NCBI GenBank assembly: GCA_023213395.1 | Contig: CM041465.1 | Coordinates: 196,175,741-196,239,740, forward strand | DNA length: 64,000 bases | Direction: 5' to 3' | Source: Cycas panzhihuaensis | Lineage: Eukaryota; Plantae; Cycadophyta | Shown here: positions 10,970 to 24,046 of the stretch, one piece after another | How positions within the stretch are numbered: the stretch's first letter is position 1 | Layout of the letters: each line of letters begins with the position of its first letter | Notes under the pieces: generated by a model | Seen by the model: only the letters and a program-made list of their open reading frames with translations | The model's database searches: none | What the model was told of the DNA's origin: nothing | Translations under genes and position numbers: made by a program

Positions 10970-12190
10970 AGTTAGAGCACAAGGTGATGGCTTATGTGAT
11001 TTAGGATGTAGTAGAAATCCCACTAACATGAAGGATGATAGTATTGGAGATCTTATTCTAAATATCTAGCAAGAAATACTATATGGGAGTATTGGATATA
11101 TGGGTGACCATCATAAAAAACTATGAGAGGGATGTAAGGTATGATTAGGCTTCCATAGTAATAAGATCTATATTTGAGCAACTATCTAATATTTAATAAA
11201 GGATGGATGTGGATTTTCCTATTATTCTTTTCTACCAAGGTAAAATTTTAATCACTTTATTAAAGATTGACTAAAGGGACTACTGAGAGAGCTAAAGGTA
11301 GATGATCCAATTATGTGTAAGAGCATAACCAAGGGGATGTAAGAGTACATACCATCATAAGACTAACTTTAGATCAAAAGCTACTAGGGTGAGTTTGTTA
11401 TAGACCCATACATTAGAATCACTTTGGATTTTAGTGTGGAGGGGCTAGAGCTAGGATAATAGTAGAGGGAGCCAACCTAATGGGCTTCATAAAAGTCACT
11501 ACAACTAGAAGAGGGGCCAAAGGAGCCCATTAGCTAGCTAAATATGAGAGTGGATTTAGGAGGTAGAGACAGTGGGGGAGAGGGCATGCAAAGAGTCCAC
11601 CCATGCATTAAAGAGGGAGATTATGGGGGTGAGTATCTTTGTGACCAATCTTAATTACTCCCATTATTTTGCTTTTGATTACATTTAAATAAACATGAAT
11701 TGATGCCCTTCTAATGTTATTATAATATATGGGATGAAATATTGATAAGTACTTGTATGAGAGAGGCCTTGGATGGAGTGTTATCATTTGTTTATAGCCT
11801 TAGCTTAAATCTAGCATGGACTCAGGGCTTTCTAAGCACCAACTATTTAACCTAGAGATATGTATGTTTAGGTATAATCTGGGAATAAAGATCTAAAGGC
11901 ATATATACATGAGCTAGAGTCAAGTTAGGCCTACTTGAAGAGCTTGAATATATATCTAGATAATAAAGCACATGGCTCAAAGTAATTAGAGAATGAAGGG
12001 ACCTAGGGGCACCAAGACAGAGGTAAAGACATGGGTATAAGTAAAGGTGCAGGTTTGTCATAGAGTATCCATGGTAGTGTGGAATAATAGTGAGGTAAGG
12101 GAGGAGGAGGAGGTCTAGAGATATGTGCATCTAATCTATAAACATGAGGAGTGATGATTATAGCTTAGTAGAGTACTATGAGCACTCATA
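10970..12190 (+). pseudogene. 5'-truncated PMD-like gene of T2 (intron ~11629-11748)
   Basis: EIPLT*RMIVLEILF*ISSKKYYMGVLDIWVTIIKNYERDVRYD*ASIV aligns with RIPQVRKLITLYILFQIFQKQNYREIRRGWIDTVHRCKADKRMDWATMI of T1. GTGAGT donor and decayed acceptor TTGATAA|GTACT. Confidence 0.65.
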
Positions 12191-12242
12191 GGGATTTTGA
12201 GACCACATTAGATGTATCATGATTATATTCTTCATATTCTAT

Positions 12243-12296
12243 CTCTCTCTAGGGGGGAGAGAGAGAGAGAAAGAGAGATAGAGAGAGTGAGAGAGA
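12243..12296. repeat. (CT)/(GA)n microsatellite
   Basis: Imperfect GA run. Confidence 0.8.
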
Positions 12297-13109
12297 TGGG
12301 TATATGTATTTTATACATAATCACAACTTGTGGATGATTAACTCTTATCCTATTTTCCCCTTTATCCTCCTTATTATGTTGTATGATTAATGTTATATGG
12401 TTATGATAGAACTAGTTAGAGTAGCACTCAATTGGGAGTGGGGCTCCAAAAAAAGATGAGAAATAACAAAGAGCATAGGTGACTCATTTAGATCTAAATA
12501 AGATTGTTAGGATAGACCACAAAAGCCATTCTCATAAACCTTGAGTTGGCTAGCCTTCTTGATGATTAGGTTCACTAAACAAAACAACTAACATAGGGTT
12601 TGTAGGAATGGCAAGTGTTATAAAACCATTCATTGACATCGTATATACCCAACTAATAAATGTTTAAATGATGCTCCCTAATAGAGGACCTAGTATGTTT
12701 CAAACAAATGATAACACTTAATAAGAGGTAAGTTCCTAAAGTAGAATAGTGACCTAGCTTGCAGGTTCTAAAGACATTTAATAATTCCTTAACTCGGTTG
12801 TGAGTCAACCTCTTTGAGCAATTCTCTCCTTATTTAGATTGAATTACTTTTTGTTTTCTAATTCTTAATGCTTCCTTTCAAAGACTGAAGTAGTTTATAC
12901 TCGTTTTGGGATGAAGTTCTCTTTAGTGTTGGGCTTATATGGAGGTGTTGATAGTTATACTCATGTTAAAGCATAGTTTCTATGGTATTTTGCATTTTTT
13001 ATTTTTGAAATAATATACATAAGCAATTTATACTTGGTTTTAGAGTAAAGTATAGGCTCATTGTGGAGTGAAGCAGTGTAATAGGCTAGTCATAATAAAT
13101 GTAAAAGAA

Positions 13110-16100
13110 TCAAGAATTTAGGGAATTCTCAAACTCACTCCCATTAAGGGTTGAGATTTGATAAGCCTCATTATCTAACTCTTTAACTATACAATAAGGA
13201 CCTACATATTTAAGAGTGAATTTTATTATCTTTCATGAAGGTACTCAAAGTTAACTACCTTATCACTTATTTCGAACTTCTTTGGACACATGTTCTAGTC
13301 ATAGGTATCTTTGGCTTTCTTCTTAGAAAATAGGTTATGTTGATATACTATGAGCCTAGTTTATCAAGTCACTCTAGCTTAAGGAGCTAGGCTTGTCTTA
13401 TCCATTTATTATAAATGAACTCTTTCAAAGAAATATAGAGTGAAGGAATCTTAACTTCCAAGAGAATCACAATTTCCATACCATAAATGAAAAAGAATAA
13501 CAACATCCTATTAACATTATGAATACAAGTCCTATAGGCTCATAATGTAGGATAAAACTAGGTATGTTAGTCTTTATACAAGGTAAAATAGTTTTAACTA
13601 ATATCTTAACTAGCATCTTGTTGAATACCTCTACTTGCCAATTTTCTTAGGAATAGTACAAGGATGGTATATGATGGGTTATGGCAAACCTCTTGCAATA
13701 TTTTCTAACATCTTTGTTATAAAATGGGGTTTTGTCATTTGTGATGAAGATGTCAAGAACCCTAAAATGAAATATAATATATTGAAATATGAAAGCAACA
13801 ATCATTTGCCTATCATAATGATGAGAGGAATGACTTCACTCCACTTAGTAAGGTACTTAATGACTGTGGGGATGAATTCATGCCTATAGATTAAAGGAGG
13901 GTAAATTTGCACAACCAAATTAAGACCATATTAAGAGAAAGACTACTAAGGGGTTATAATTCTCATTGAAGTAGATGGTTGATGGATAAGATTAGCATGG
14001 GCCTGATATTTATTATATTTGAGAACATAGGTGTGGGCATCAAAGAATAGTATGGGCCAATAGTAGTCCATCTAAAGTATCCTTTGACCATTTCATGGCT
14101 ATCAAAATAGCCACTGTAAATGCCATTATGGTATTCTCTTAGGATTGTATGTGTTTTTGGAGGTAGAGGCACTTTAGCATGATTCCATTAAAGAAACACT
14201 TATAAAAATTATCATCTAGGATAGTGTAATGGTACATTATTTCCCTAACTCTCTTTCTCTTCTTGTAGGTGGAATCGTTAAGGTAAGATTATGTCTCTAA
14301 GAAGTAGATGATATTAGTGTACCAACCCAACTTATACTTAGTAATGTTTACATAGAAGACATGATCATTGGGAAGTAAATCATCCAACTCCTTGCTAGAT
14401 GCATTTAGTAAAAGGAAATCTATAAGTTATTCTATTACAACCATCTCATTTTTTGGTTTTTGAGAAACCATTTTAAGATCAAACTCTTGGAGGAGCAAGG
14501 CTGATTTACTTGCTCACCTAGTTAAGCTAGTTTTCATGAGAAAGAGGTAGATGGGGTTATTTTAAGAGATGACTTGAGTGATATTGCCTAGTATATAATG
14601 CCTCAACTTCTTAGTGGAAAAAACCAAGTCTAAGCATTCCTTCTCAATATACATACAATTTGTCCTAATGCCAACTAAAGTTTTACTAATAAAATAGATG
14701 AAACATTTATGGTTGAAGTCATCCTCTTCGATAAGCATGCCCCTAAGTGACTCTTTAGTAGAAGAAGTATATAAAATAAAAGGATTATCAAATTTAAGTA
14801 ATATAAGAACAAGAGTAGATATCATCCCTCCTTAAGCTTAACTAAGGCTTCCTAGACTTTTAGAATGCAAGGAAAAGGCACACCCTTTTAAGGAGATTGG
14901 TGAGAGGTTTGGAATTGAGTATAAAGTTTGTGAGGGACCTATGTAAGAAACTCAATCATCACAAGAAGGATTTAACTTACTTTTGGATGGTGGGTAATGA
15001 CATTATAGTGATTATTTTGACTTTTTTTAGGTCAATTCTAATGTTCTCTTTAGAGATTATGTTACCTAAATCTTACTAGAGGTAATAATAAAGACATACT
15101 TAAGAGGGTTAATACATAATTAATACTATTTACACCTCCCAGATATGACTTGGAGGTTAGATATATAATCTCTATAGTTCTTAAATAGTCTTAGTATATC
15201 ATCTAGGTAGACACTTATAGACCTACCTATTAAATTATAAAAGATATAATGCATCTTATTGATATATCATGCTAGCATTCTTAACACTAAAAGGCATGAC
15301 CCTATAGATGAATGTCCCTTATGAAGTGATAAAAGTAGTCTTGTGGAAGTCCTTAGGGGAGAAGAATGTTTGATTATAAGTTGAGAAGTTATCCATGAGG
15401 GATATGGCCTTGGTCAAGGATTTGATCAATGAAGGGTAATGGAAAATTATCCTTTGAGAATGCATCATTGATATCTTGAAAGTCCAAGTAAATATAAATG
15501 ACATATTTCTTCTTAATGATTAAGATAATGTTAAATACCCACTAAGGATAGTTAATAAACTTGATAAACCTAACGTTAAGCATATTTTTAATCATTAGTT
15601 TGATGGAAGCTCATAGGTGAGGATGAAAGGGCCATTGACATTGGTGTTTAGGATTAACCCCATGTATGATAGTGATGTTATGGATAACCACATCCAAGTG
15701 GAGTCCCTTTATGTTAAAATAATCTTATACAGATATAGAAGAGAACTCTATATAAAATCACTTGATCTATTAAATCTTATTTAGGGAACACTTTACCCTA
15801 CCTTGATGATTTAAGGCCCATTGCTAATCCTTAGGTTAATATTAGTCATCTCACAAAGAAATAGTATATTTCCCTCCTTAAAATGAGAAGGCGTGGGATC
15901 AATAAGAGGAAAGACTTTAGGGTCATTATGGTATTTAATGGATAGGGGTAATTCTTAGTGAATGAACTTAAAAAATCCAAGTTTATGATGATTGGGAGGT
16001 AGGCCAAGCAATATCCTTACTAAGTATTCCAAGATCATTATATTATTTTTGAAATGGTTAAGTCTAGGAATGACTTTACTAATCATATTAAACACTTTAA

Positions 16101-17160
16101 CCTCCATCTTATGGCCCATGTTGGATGACTTTGTTTAAAAGTACTAGCCAAAACTAAGGGTAATAGAAAGAGGCTTAGAGTGATCATCATTTAGGATAAT
16201 ACCAACCAAAGAAATAAGGTCATGATAAGATTTGTACCTATAATTAATTATTTTGAGTTCTCTATCATGAATAAATTGAATTTGAATGAATATGGATGAA
16301 CATACTATCAACTTCTAACTGATCAATGGTCTTTTTAACATCATGTTATACTTGGTATCTAGGTCCATAAGGGTTAATTCAACGATTAAAATTTTGCCTT
16401 TAAGAGTTAGGGATAAGGTCACCTTACCTATAAGGGTGATTTGGTCCTTTTCATACCCTTGACAAACCCAATTCACAAGCTCAAACATAGAGATACGAAG
16501 GATTTTAAAAGGTTGAATGGGAATTATATTAATAGATGACCCTGAGTTGATGATACACCTCATAATAGCCCACTTACCACTTTTGATTTTGATAAAGAAA
16601 AATGAATTGCTAAGGTAATCTCTCTCCTCCTTAGGCTGGGAAGGATCGAAAGAGATATAAGTCTCAATAGGGTTGGGTTGATAAATACTAAGTGCATTTA
16701 GTAAGAGTTACTTCTATTTAAGGTGACTCTTGAGGTGATCAGACATAGAGATGCTTGCAAACACTATGTTTAGCTCTTGAATGATTATAAAAGCCTTTAT
16801 TTTCATGGATTATGGTATGGACCACCTAAGATGGACTTGAACATACTGAGTAGGAAGCTCTGGGTTGGATTAAGTTGACTTGGAACTAAAGCCAACCTTA
16901 AAATTGTTTGATCAATTCATGTTGATGGCAAAAGCATCATCCAACTCTATCATGTTCATGATTTATCTTAGGAATCTTTATTTGGGGAAGGCTTTTAGTT
17001 ATGGTGATTTCTATTACCTCCATTACCCTTGGTAGGAGTGGAGGCTTCCTCACTTTTAGACTTAGACATAAAACATATACCCTCATTTCAAGTAAGACCT
17101 TTCCCTTTATGTTTAACATTGTTGTTAGGGAAAGGATCTATATAAATTAAGAGATCTTTG
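13110..17160 (-). pseudogene. T2 gag-pol remnant (protease, RT, RNase H, integrase)
   Basis: CIINSGSSINII (PR); MDNFSTYNQ...KTTFIT (RT); EKECLDLVFSTKKLRHYI (RH); ILREYHNGIYSGYF (integrase zinc finger). Confidence 0.85.
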
Positions 17161-17399
17161 TGATGAAGTATGTAGAGGTAAAAAACTAAACCATAAGATA
17201 AAATACACAAGAACTATCTTATATTAAACTTGAATTCAAACGTCTCATACATACATCCATTATGTTTATAAGACCACCTCCCATTCACTTAATGAGGGTG
17301 TATGAAGAATCAAGAAAAGGTAGGCAAGTTACAACAAATCATTAACAAGGAATTAACTAATAGTTAGGTAATAATAATTATTTTAATAACTCCAAATAA

Positions 17400-19650
17400 T
17401 TCATTATCTCTTATAAAAAGAATCTTTCTAAACCTTTCAAATTTCTTATGGATTAATGCCTTAGTAGGAATATTAACAATATAATCTTCAATTAGATAAT
17501 ATATCAAATCAATTATTTTGCATTACACCTACTCTAGAATAAAATGATGATGAATTCCAATATGCTTCATCCTTGCATAAAAGACATGATTCTTTGATAG
17601 CTAAATTATGCTATGATTTTTGTAGAACAATAGTGTAGTATCAGTTTACTCAAGTCCAAAATGGGTAAGAATTTTTCTAAGGAAATTTGGTTTAGAGGTA
17701 ATTGAGATGGGTGCTTTATAATTAACTTTGGTTGATGATAAGGAAATTGTGATTTATTTCTTACTACAATAATAAACTACACCTTAACTAAGCGTGAGCG
17801 CATACCTTGATCTAGACATTCTATCATTTACATCTCCAATCAAATTACAGTTAATGAAACCTTGCAGTTTAAACTCATGATATTTTAAAAACATAAATTA
17901 AAAATTGATGCTACCTCTAATATACCTTAATATACACTTTACTACTTTCCAATGAGAAACTGATGGAGAACTCATAAAATGAGATATAACTCTAACATCA
18001 TAGTAAATATTAAGTCTTATGGTAGTTAGGTAGATAAGACTACCTACTAACTATCTGTATAATGTTGCATTAATAGCCTTATCACCATCTTCTTTAGAGA
18101 GCTTAAGACCAACTTTAAGAGGAGTTCCCAGCAGCTTGGATTCCTTTAAATGAAAGCATCTTAATAAATTATAGGTATATTTTGAATGAGATATGAAGAT
18201 GCCATTATCTTTCTGCCAAACTTCTAGACCAAGGTAGTTGTGTATAATTCCAAGATCTGTCATCTTACACACTTTGCTAAGCTATTTCTTTAGAGTTTTA
18301 ATACTTAAAAGTGTCACTTCTTATGATGATAAGATCATCAACATAAAGAATAACTATGAGCATTCCATAATATCCATTCTTCACATATAAACTATGATTA
18401 GATTCACATCTAGCAAACCCAAGTGAAAGTAAGAAATTATCAATGTGCGAATCCCACACATTTGGTGTTTGTTTAAGCCTATAAAGAGATTTCTTTACTT
18501 TATAGACAAGATGTTCTTTCCCAACTTGTATAAAACCTTTAGGCTAATCTATATACACATCTTCACCAAGAATTAAATTAAGGAAAATAGTCTTAACATC
18601 CATTTAATGCAACTCCCAACCAAGATACGATGCAAGATAAATGAGCGTTCAAATAATTGTCATCTTTGTTAAAGGGGCAAAGGTTTCCTTAAAATCTATA
18701 CCTATAGCTTGTGTATATCCTTTGGCTATAACTCAATATTTATACTTGTTAATTTCAACATCAAGTTAATGCTTCATTGTATATACCCATATGCAACTTA
18801 TATTTTTTTAAATTTTAAGGAAGTTCAATAAGATCCTCAGTTTTGTTTTTAAGGATAGAGTTATAGTCATCCTTTATGGAATTTTGCCAATGAATGGAAT
18901 CCTTAGATTCAATATATGACTGAGGTTTATCAGTGCTTTGGATATTAGACATTAGAGCAAAATTCACTTTACTTCTTGTCTCAATACTTTCATCAACATC
19001 AATGTCTTTAACACAAGAGTCGTTTATGGTTTATAGATACCATTTTAGTAAGTTCCTTTGAAAAAAAGAAAGAGAAGAGGAAGACTAAGGTTCCTCTTAT
19101 ATTATTTCATAAGTATAAGTATTCTTTGTAGCTTCACTATTATCCTTAGAAGTAATTCCTTCAATAATTTCAACAAATTCATCGAACAAAAGAGCATTGC
19201 TAATTATAGTTTTACTTTCTACTCGATACTATAGCCTATATACTTTTGATGTTTCATGATATCTAACAAACACATACTTTAGGCTTTTATTATTTAACTC
19301 ACACCTTTTGAGATAAGGAATATGAACATAATACATGTATCAAAGTGCTCAAAGATTAAGAATTAAGGGCTTCTTACTAGTCTAGGTTTTTTTAGGAATT
19401 TTATTCTGAATAGCCTTTGTAGAATTTCTATTTAGTACATATATAATTATTTTTATAATTTTATAGCAAAATCCATTTGTAACATTTTTATAATTAGGCA
19501 TGCAAGGAGATATCTTTATAATTATATGGTTCTTTCTTTCATGAATACCATTTTATTGTGGAGTATGAGGTGTTGAAGGATGCCATTAAATGCAATGACT
19601 CCTATAAAAATTAATAAAATCATTCAATAGATATTCACCTCCATTGACAC
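17400..19650 (-). pseudogene. C1 pol remnant (integrase C-terminal part, RT, RNase H)
   Basis: Copia motifs with many stops and frameshifts. Confidence 0.88.
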
Positions 19651-19788
19651 TTTTTTTTTTGGTAAGGTAAAATAATATTAGAAGGGGTTTTAAATAGGTC
19701 CCCAAACCTTATACATTAAAAGCCCGCTGGCCTAGGTAAGATGATCATGACAGGCCCATGGTCTAGCCCAGATTAGTAAAAGCTCCTC

Positions 19789-22700
19789 TCATCCTCCCCT
19801 CTCTATCCCCTCGTTATGTGCATTGATCCTAACCAGACTTAGAAGCTCTTCCAGGAAGTTCTCTTTCTAGACCTTATTTCTTTTATTTGACATAGCCTAA
19901 TTTGCCAACTAATCCACCACTGAATTTCCTTCCCTATATGTGTGCTGGATTTGAACACTCAATTTGGAGCTCAGGACGTCTTGCGCATCCCTGATAATCT
20001 CTACATTATTCTAACCTGACTCTACCTCCCCCCTTAAGCACTTGATCAGGTACAAGGAATCACCTTCTATAATCACTTTCTATACCTCTTCCTCATCCAA
20101 CATAGCCACCACCTTTTGCATGGCCCATACCTCTGCTCTTTGATTTGATTGGATACTTAAATACTCTATAAATGCCCATTTCACTGTCCCTGCATGATCC
20201 CTACATGCACCTCTCCCCACCCCCCTCCCCGCCTATAGGGTTGCTTTTAGCTGCTCCATCAAAGTTAATTTTTATCCAAGTTACTTCTGGTGGAATCCAG
20301 ATAGTTGCCCTCCTCTTCTCGCTTCCTCCCTTTGGGTATCTAATTCCCTAATCATCAAGGATGCTATCTTCCCCCTTTGGAATCCTATCCTCCTTCGGGG
20401 GGTCTAACATCTCTAAAATGCCCTTCCTAATCTTGGTGAACATTTTTTGATTGTCCATCTCTTTACTTTGAAAAATTTTCTTATTACGCTCCTTCCATAT
20501 GTGCCAAGTACCTACCGGGAGAATCAACTTCCAGAATCTACCCAATGTTTTACTCTTAAATGGAGATACCCATGAGAGCCATTGGTCTCGCAACGACTTA
20601 GGGGAAACCCATTCTATGCCCAGCCTTGACCGAAAACCTCCCCATATCCCCTTAGAATAGGGGCAGTGAATACTGAGGTGGTCCAGGGTCTCAACTTCCT
20701 CCCTGCATGATTTGCACCTGCTAGTCATATAGAAACCACGTTTCAGAAGGTTATCCATTGTTAAAAGTTTATTTTGAAGACAGAGCCACCAAAAAGCTGC
20801 TACCTTCAGAAAAAGCCCCAACTTCCATACCCTAGCTAGCATGTCATTCCTAGCCCAGCCCTCTCTTATCATCAATGAATTATAATCATCTTTAATCGTA
20901 TATGACCCTAAAGATGATAGGGGCCATACTAAGGTGTCGAGAGAGGCTCGCTTAGGGGTATACTGGTTTTTTAATACCCAATTTACACTCTGAATCTCCT
21001 TCTCAAAGCCTTACAGTTTGTCAAACAATCTGCACTGCCTATTCTTACCCTGTCCCACCCAATAATGCTTAACTAATATACCATAAGTATCCTCACAAAC
21101 CCTTAGCAGGTTACTAATATCTGGCATCTCCTCTAACCTAGAGGGGCTACACTAATTATCTTCCTAGAACCTTATACTTTCACCATTCCCCAATTTCCAT
21201 CTCATGCCGCTACACAAGATAGAACATGAGGACCAGATAGCTTTCCAAATGGGAGATCCTGAGGAGCTACACTTCTCATTCTTTAAGAAATGTTTATCCC
21301 CTAAATATTTCCTGGCTATAATTTTTCCCTACACCAAGCCTACCTTTTTGGTTAGTCTCCATCCTGTCTTAGCAAGGAGGGCTCCATTGAAGAGTCCCAA
21401 CCTCCTGACATTAAGTCCTCCCACCCACTTGGGCTTGCATACCTTCTCCCAGGATACCAGATGGAATCTATTTTTATCTTCAATCCCAGAACATAGAAAT
21501 CTCTTCATAATGCCTTCAAGGGTTGAAATAACCTTTCTCGGCATATTAAATAAGGACATTTGGTAGACTGGAATACTGTGAAGAGAGGCCACCACAAGCT
21601 GAATCTTTCCAGCCTAGCTTAGTAGCACCCCTTTCCAACCAGCCAACTTCCTGTTAAACCTTCCTATAATGGGATCCCATAGGTTCTTAACCATTTTTCC
21701 TACAAAGAGTGGCATCCCTAGGTAAGAGGCAGGAAAGAGTCTATTGGAGATCTCCAAAACCCTGCTAATCCTTCTTTGCAGCCTCTCTAGAGTATTGATG
21801 AAGAAAATTGAGCTCTTATCCAAGTTAATTCTTTGATTAGAAGCCCTCTCATATGCCTGAAGACCAACGTTCAGGGCATGGGCCTCACCCAGGGAAGCCC
21901 TGCTCAGAAAGACATTATCGTCGACAAACTGGTGATGGACAATATTATCCAAATTGGATGATGGCTTCAATCTTGATATCCACCCTAGCCTCTGATCATC
22001 TACTGTAGCCCTTCCTAATAGTTCTGCCATTATAATGAAGAGGAAGGGTGAGAGGGGATCTCCTTGTCTCAATCCCCTGTAACCGGAAAAGAAGGATGTT
22101 GACCTCCTGTTTAGAATCACCGAGAACGATATACTGGATATACAACATCTCATCCATTCCCTCCAAACCTTCCTAAAACTGAATGCTTTTAAACATTCCA
22201 GCAGACAATCCCATGCCACCCGATCATAGGCCTTAGACATATCTATTTTTATTATCATACCTGCCTCTTTCCTATGAAAGGTCGAGTGAATTGTTTCGTG
22301 AACTGTAATTATACCATTTGTAATTTGTCTACCCTTAATAAATCCATCCTGGTTTGGAGAGATGATGGTCGGTAGGCACTCTTTAAGGTAATTCGCTAAC
22401 ACTTTAGCCAAAATTTTATATTTTACATTACATAGGCTTATCGGTCTAAAATCTTCCATTGCTTTCACTCCCGCCTTATTCGGAATCAAAACAAAAAAGG
22501 TGGCCTGCCATTCTTTCAAAATTGTCTTCCTATGAAAAAATTCATTTAGTGCTAGAATTAAATCATCCTTGATAATGTCCCAATATTCTTGAAAGAAGCC
22601 GGGTGGGAACCCATATGGCCCTAGGGTCTTATCCCTTCCCATTTTAAATAGGGCTTTCTCGACTTCGGCTTGAGAGAACGGTTCTGTTAGTTTCTTATTT

Positions 22701-24007
22701 TGGGCTTCGAAAATAACTCTCAGAATATATTGTAGGAGATTAGTCCTTAAATTTGGGTCCTAGCATCTAGGTTCTACATATAACTCTTTAAAGTAGTCCA
22801 TTACTATTCCTCTTATTTGATCCTTTGACTCAATCAAAACCTCATCCTTACTTCGTAATTTGTTGATCCTATTGTAGGACCTATGCTTCAAGGTAGACAA
22901 ATGGAAGAACTTAGTATTTCTATCTCCCTCCCTTATCCATATCTACCTAGATTTCTGCTTCTAATAGAGTTCCTCCTTAGTCAAAACCTCTTTTAATTTT
23001 TTAGTGGTGAATTGTTCAGTTTGATCTAGGACCTGTGTTCTACCCTCAATTTGGATCCTTACCTTAATCTTTTTTAGCTCCTCTAGTAGGCAACCTTTAT
23101 CTTCAAAAATATTTTCAAACATCTCCTTGTTCCATATTTTGATCTGTTATTTAATCTAGTTTAGCTTCTTCGAGAACTTGAACATAGTGAATTTGGACAC
23201 CGGGATTCCCCACCACTCTCTAATCCTCTCCCTGATATCGGGATGCTTCTACCACATTAATTTAAAACAAAAGCCCCCCCCCCCCCCCTGCTTGCCTAGA
23301 TAGGACGACTCCAAGACCAAAGGAGAATGATCTGATCCTATTTTCAGAAGAGCCTCTAGTTTAATTTTCTCATATTTGCAAGACCATTTGTATTTGGTTA
23401 GCATTATATTTAGCCTACTTTGAATGTGATTGTATCCTAATCTTTTGTTTGACCAAGTGTACCTAGCTCCCCTAAGAGGGATGTCCATTAGACCACCTAA
23501 TTATAGAAAATCTCCAAGATCTGACATGCTCCTGGACTACCTTTCTTGCCCCCCTTTCTTTTCCTCCAGATTTAAAGTCGTATTGAAGTCCCCTATAACT
23601 AGCCATGGGCCTTTCCAATCTTTATGTACCTCCAACATCCTTTCCTATAAACTCTTCCTACCCTCTACTGTTGTGGGGGCATATACATTAGTGATCTGGC
23701 ATGGCCTGTTGGTTCACACACATGCCAGACATAAGGTTATAAAATGATCACTTTTGACCAACTCATAACCTTTCCATTTGTTTGGGTTCCATAGGGAGGC
23801 CAATCCCCCAGAGACAACTAATCCCACAACAGTCTTCCCTTCTCCCCTCCTCTAGATCTTATTAAGCACCTCTCTCTCCTTAATCTGATTAAGTTTTGTC
23901 TCCTGCAACAGAGCTATGTCTGTGCCTGACCTTATCCTCATTTCCTTTACTAATCTCTGCTTCGATAGAGCATTAAGGCCCCTTATATTCTAGGATAAAA
24001 CCTTCAT
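19789..24007 (-). pseudogene. LINE ORF2: APE endonuclease, RT, zf-RVT, RNase H
   Basis: MKVLS*NIRGLN; GDFN; SDHSPL; FRPISLCNVKYKI; GLRQGDPLSPFLF; QFVDD; C..C...ETLDHLSIHC; WIKINFDGAAK...IIEGDS...HTYREGN. Confidence 0.93.
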
Positions 24008-24046
24008 GGTCATCCCAACCCCCCCCCTCCCCCCCCCCCCCCCTAA

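Larger units (their letters stand above)
10968..17160 (-). mobile_element. Old, highly decayed Tat-clade element T2 (host of T1 and of Copia C1)
   Basis: Colinear with T3: gag end, protease, RT, RH and integrase on the minus strand, PMD on the plus strand. Confidence 0.82.
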
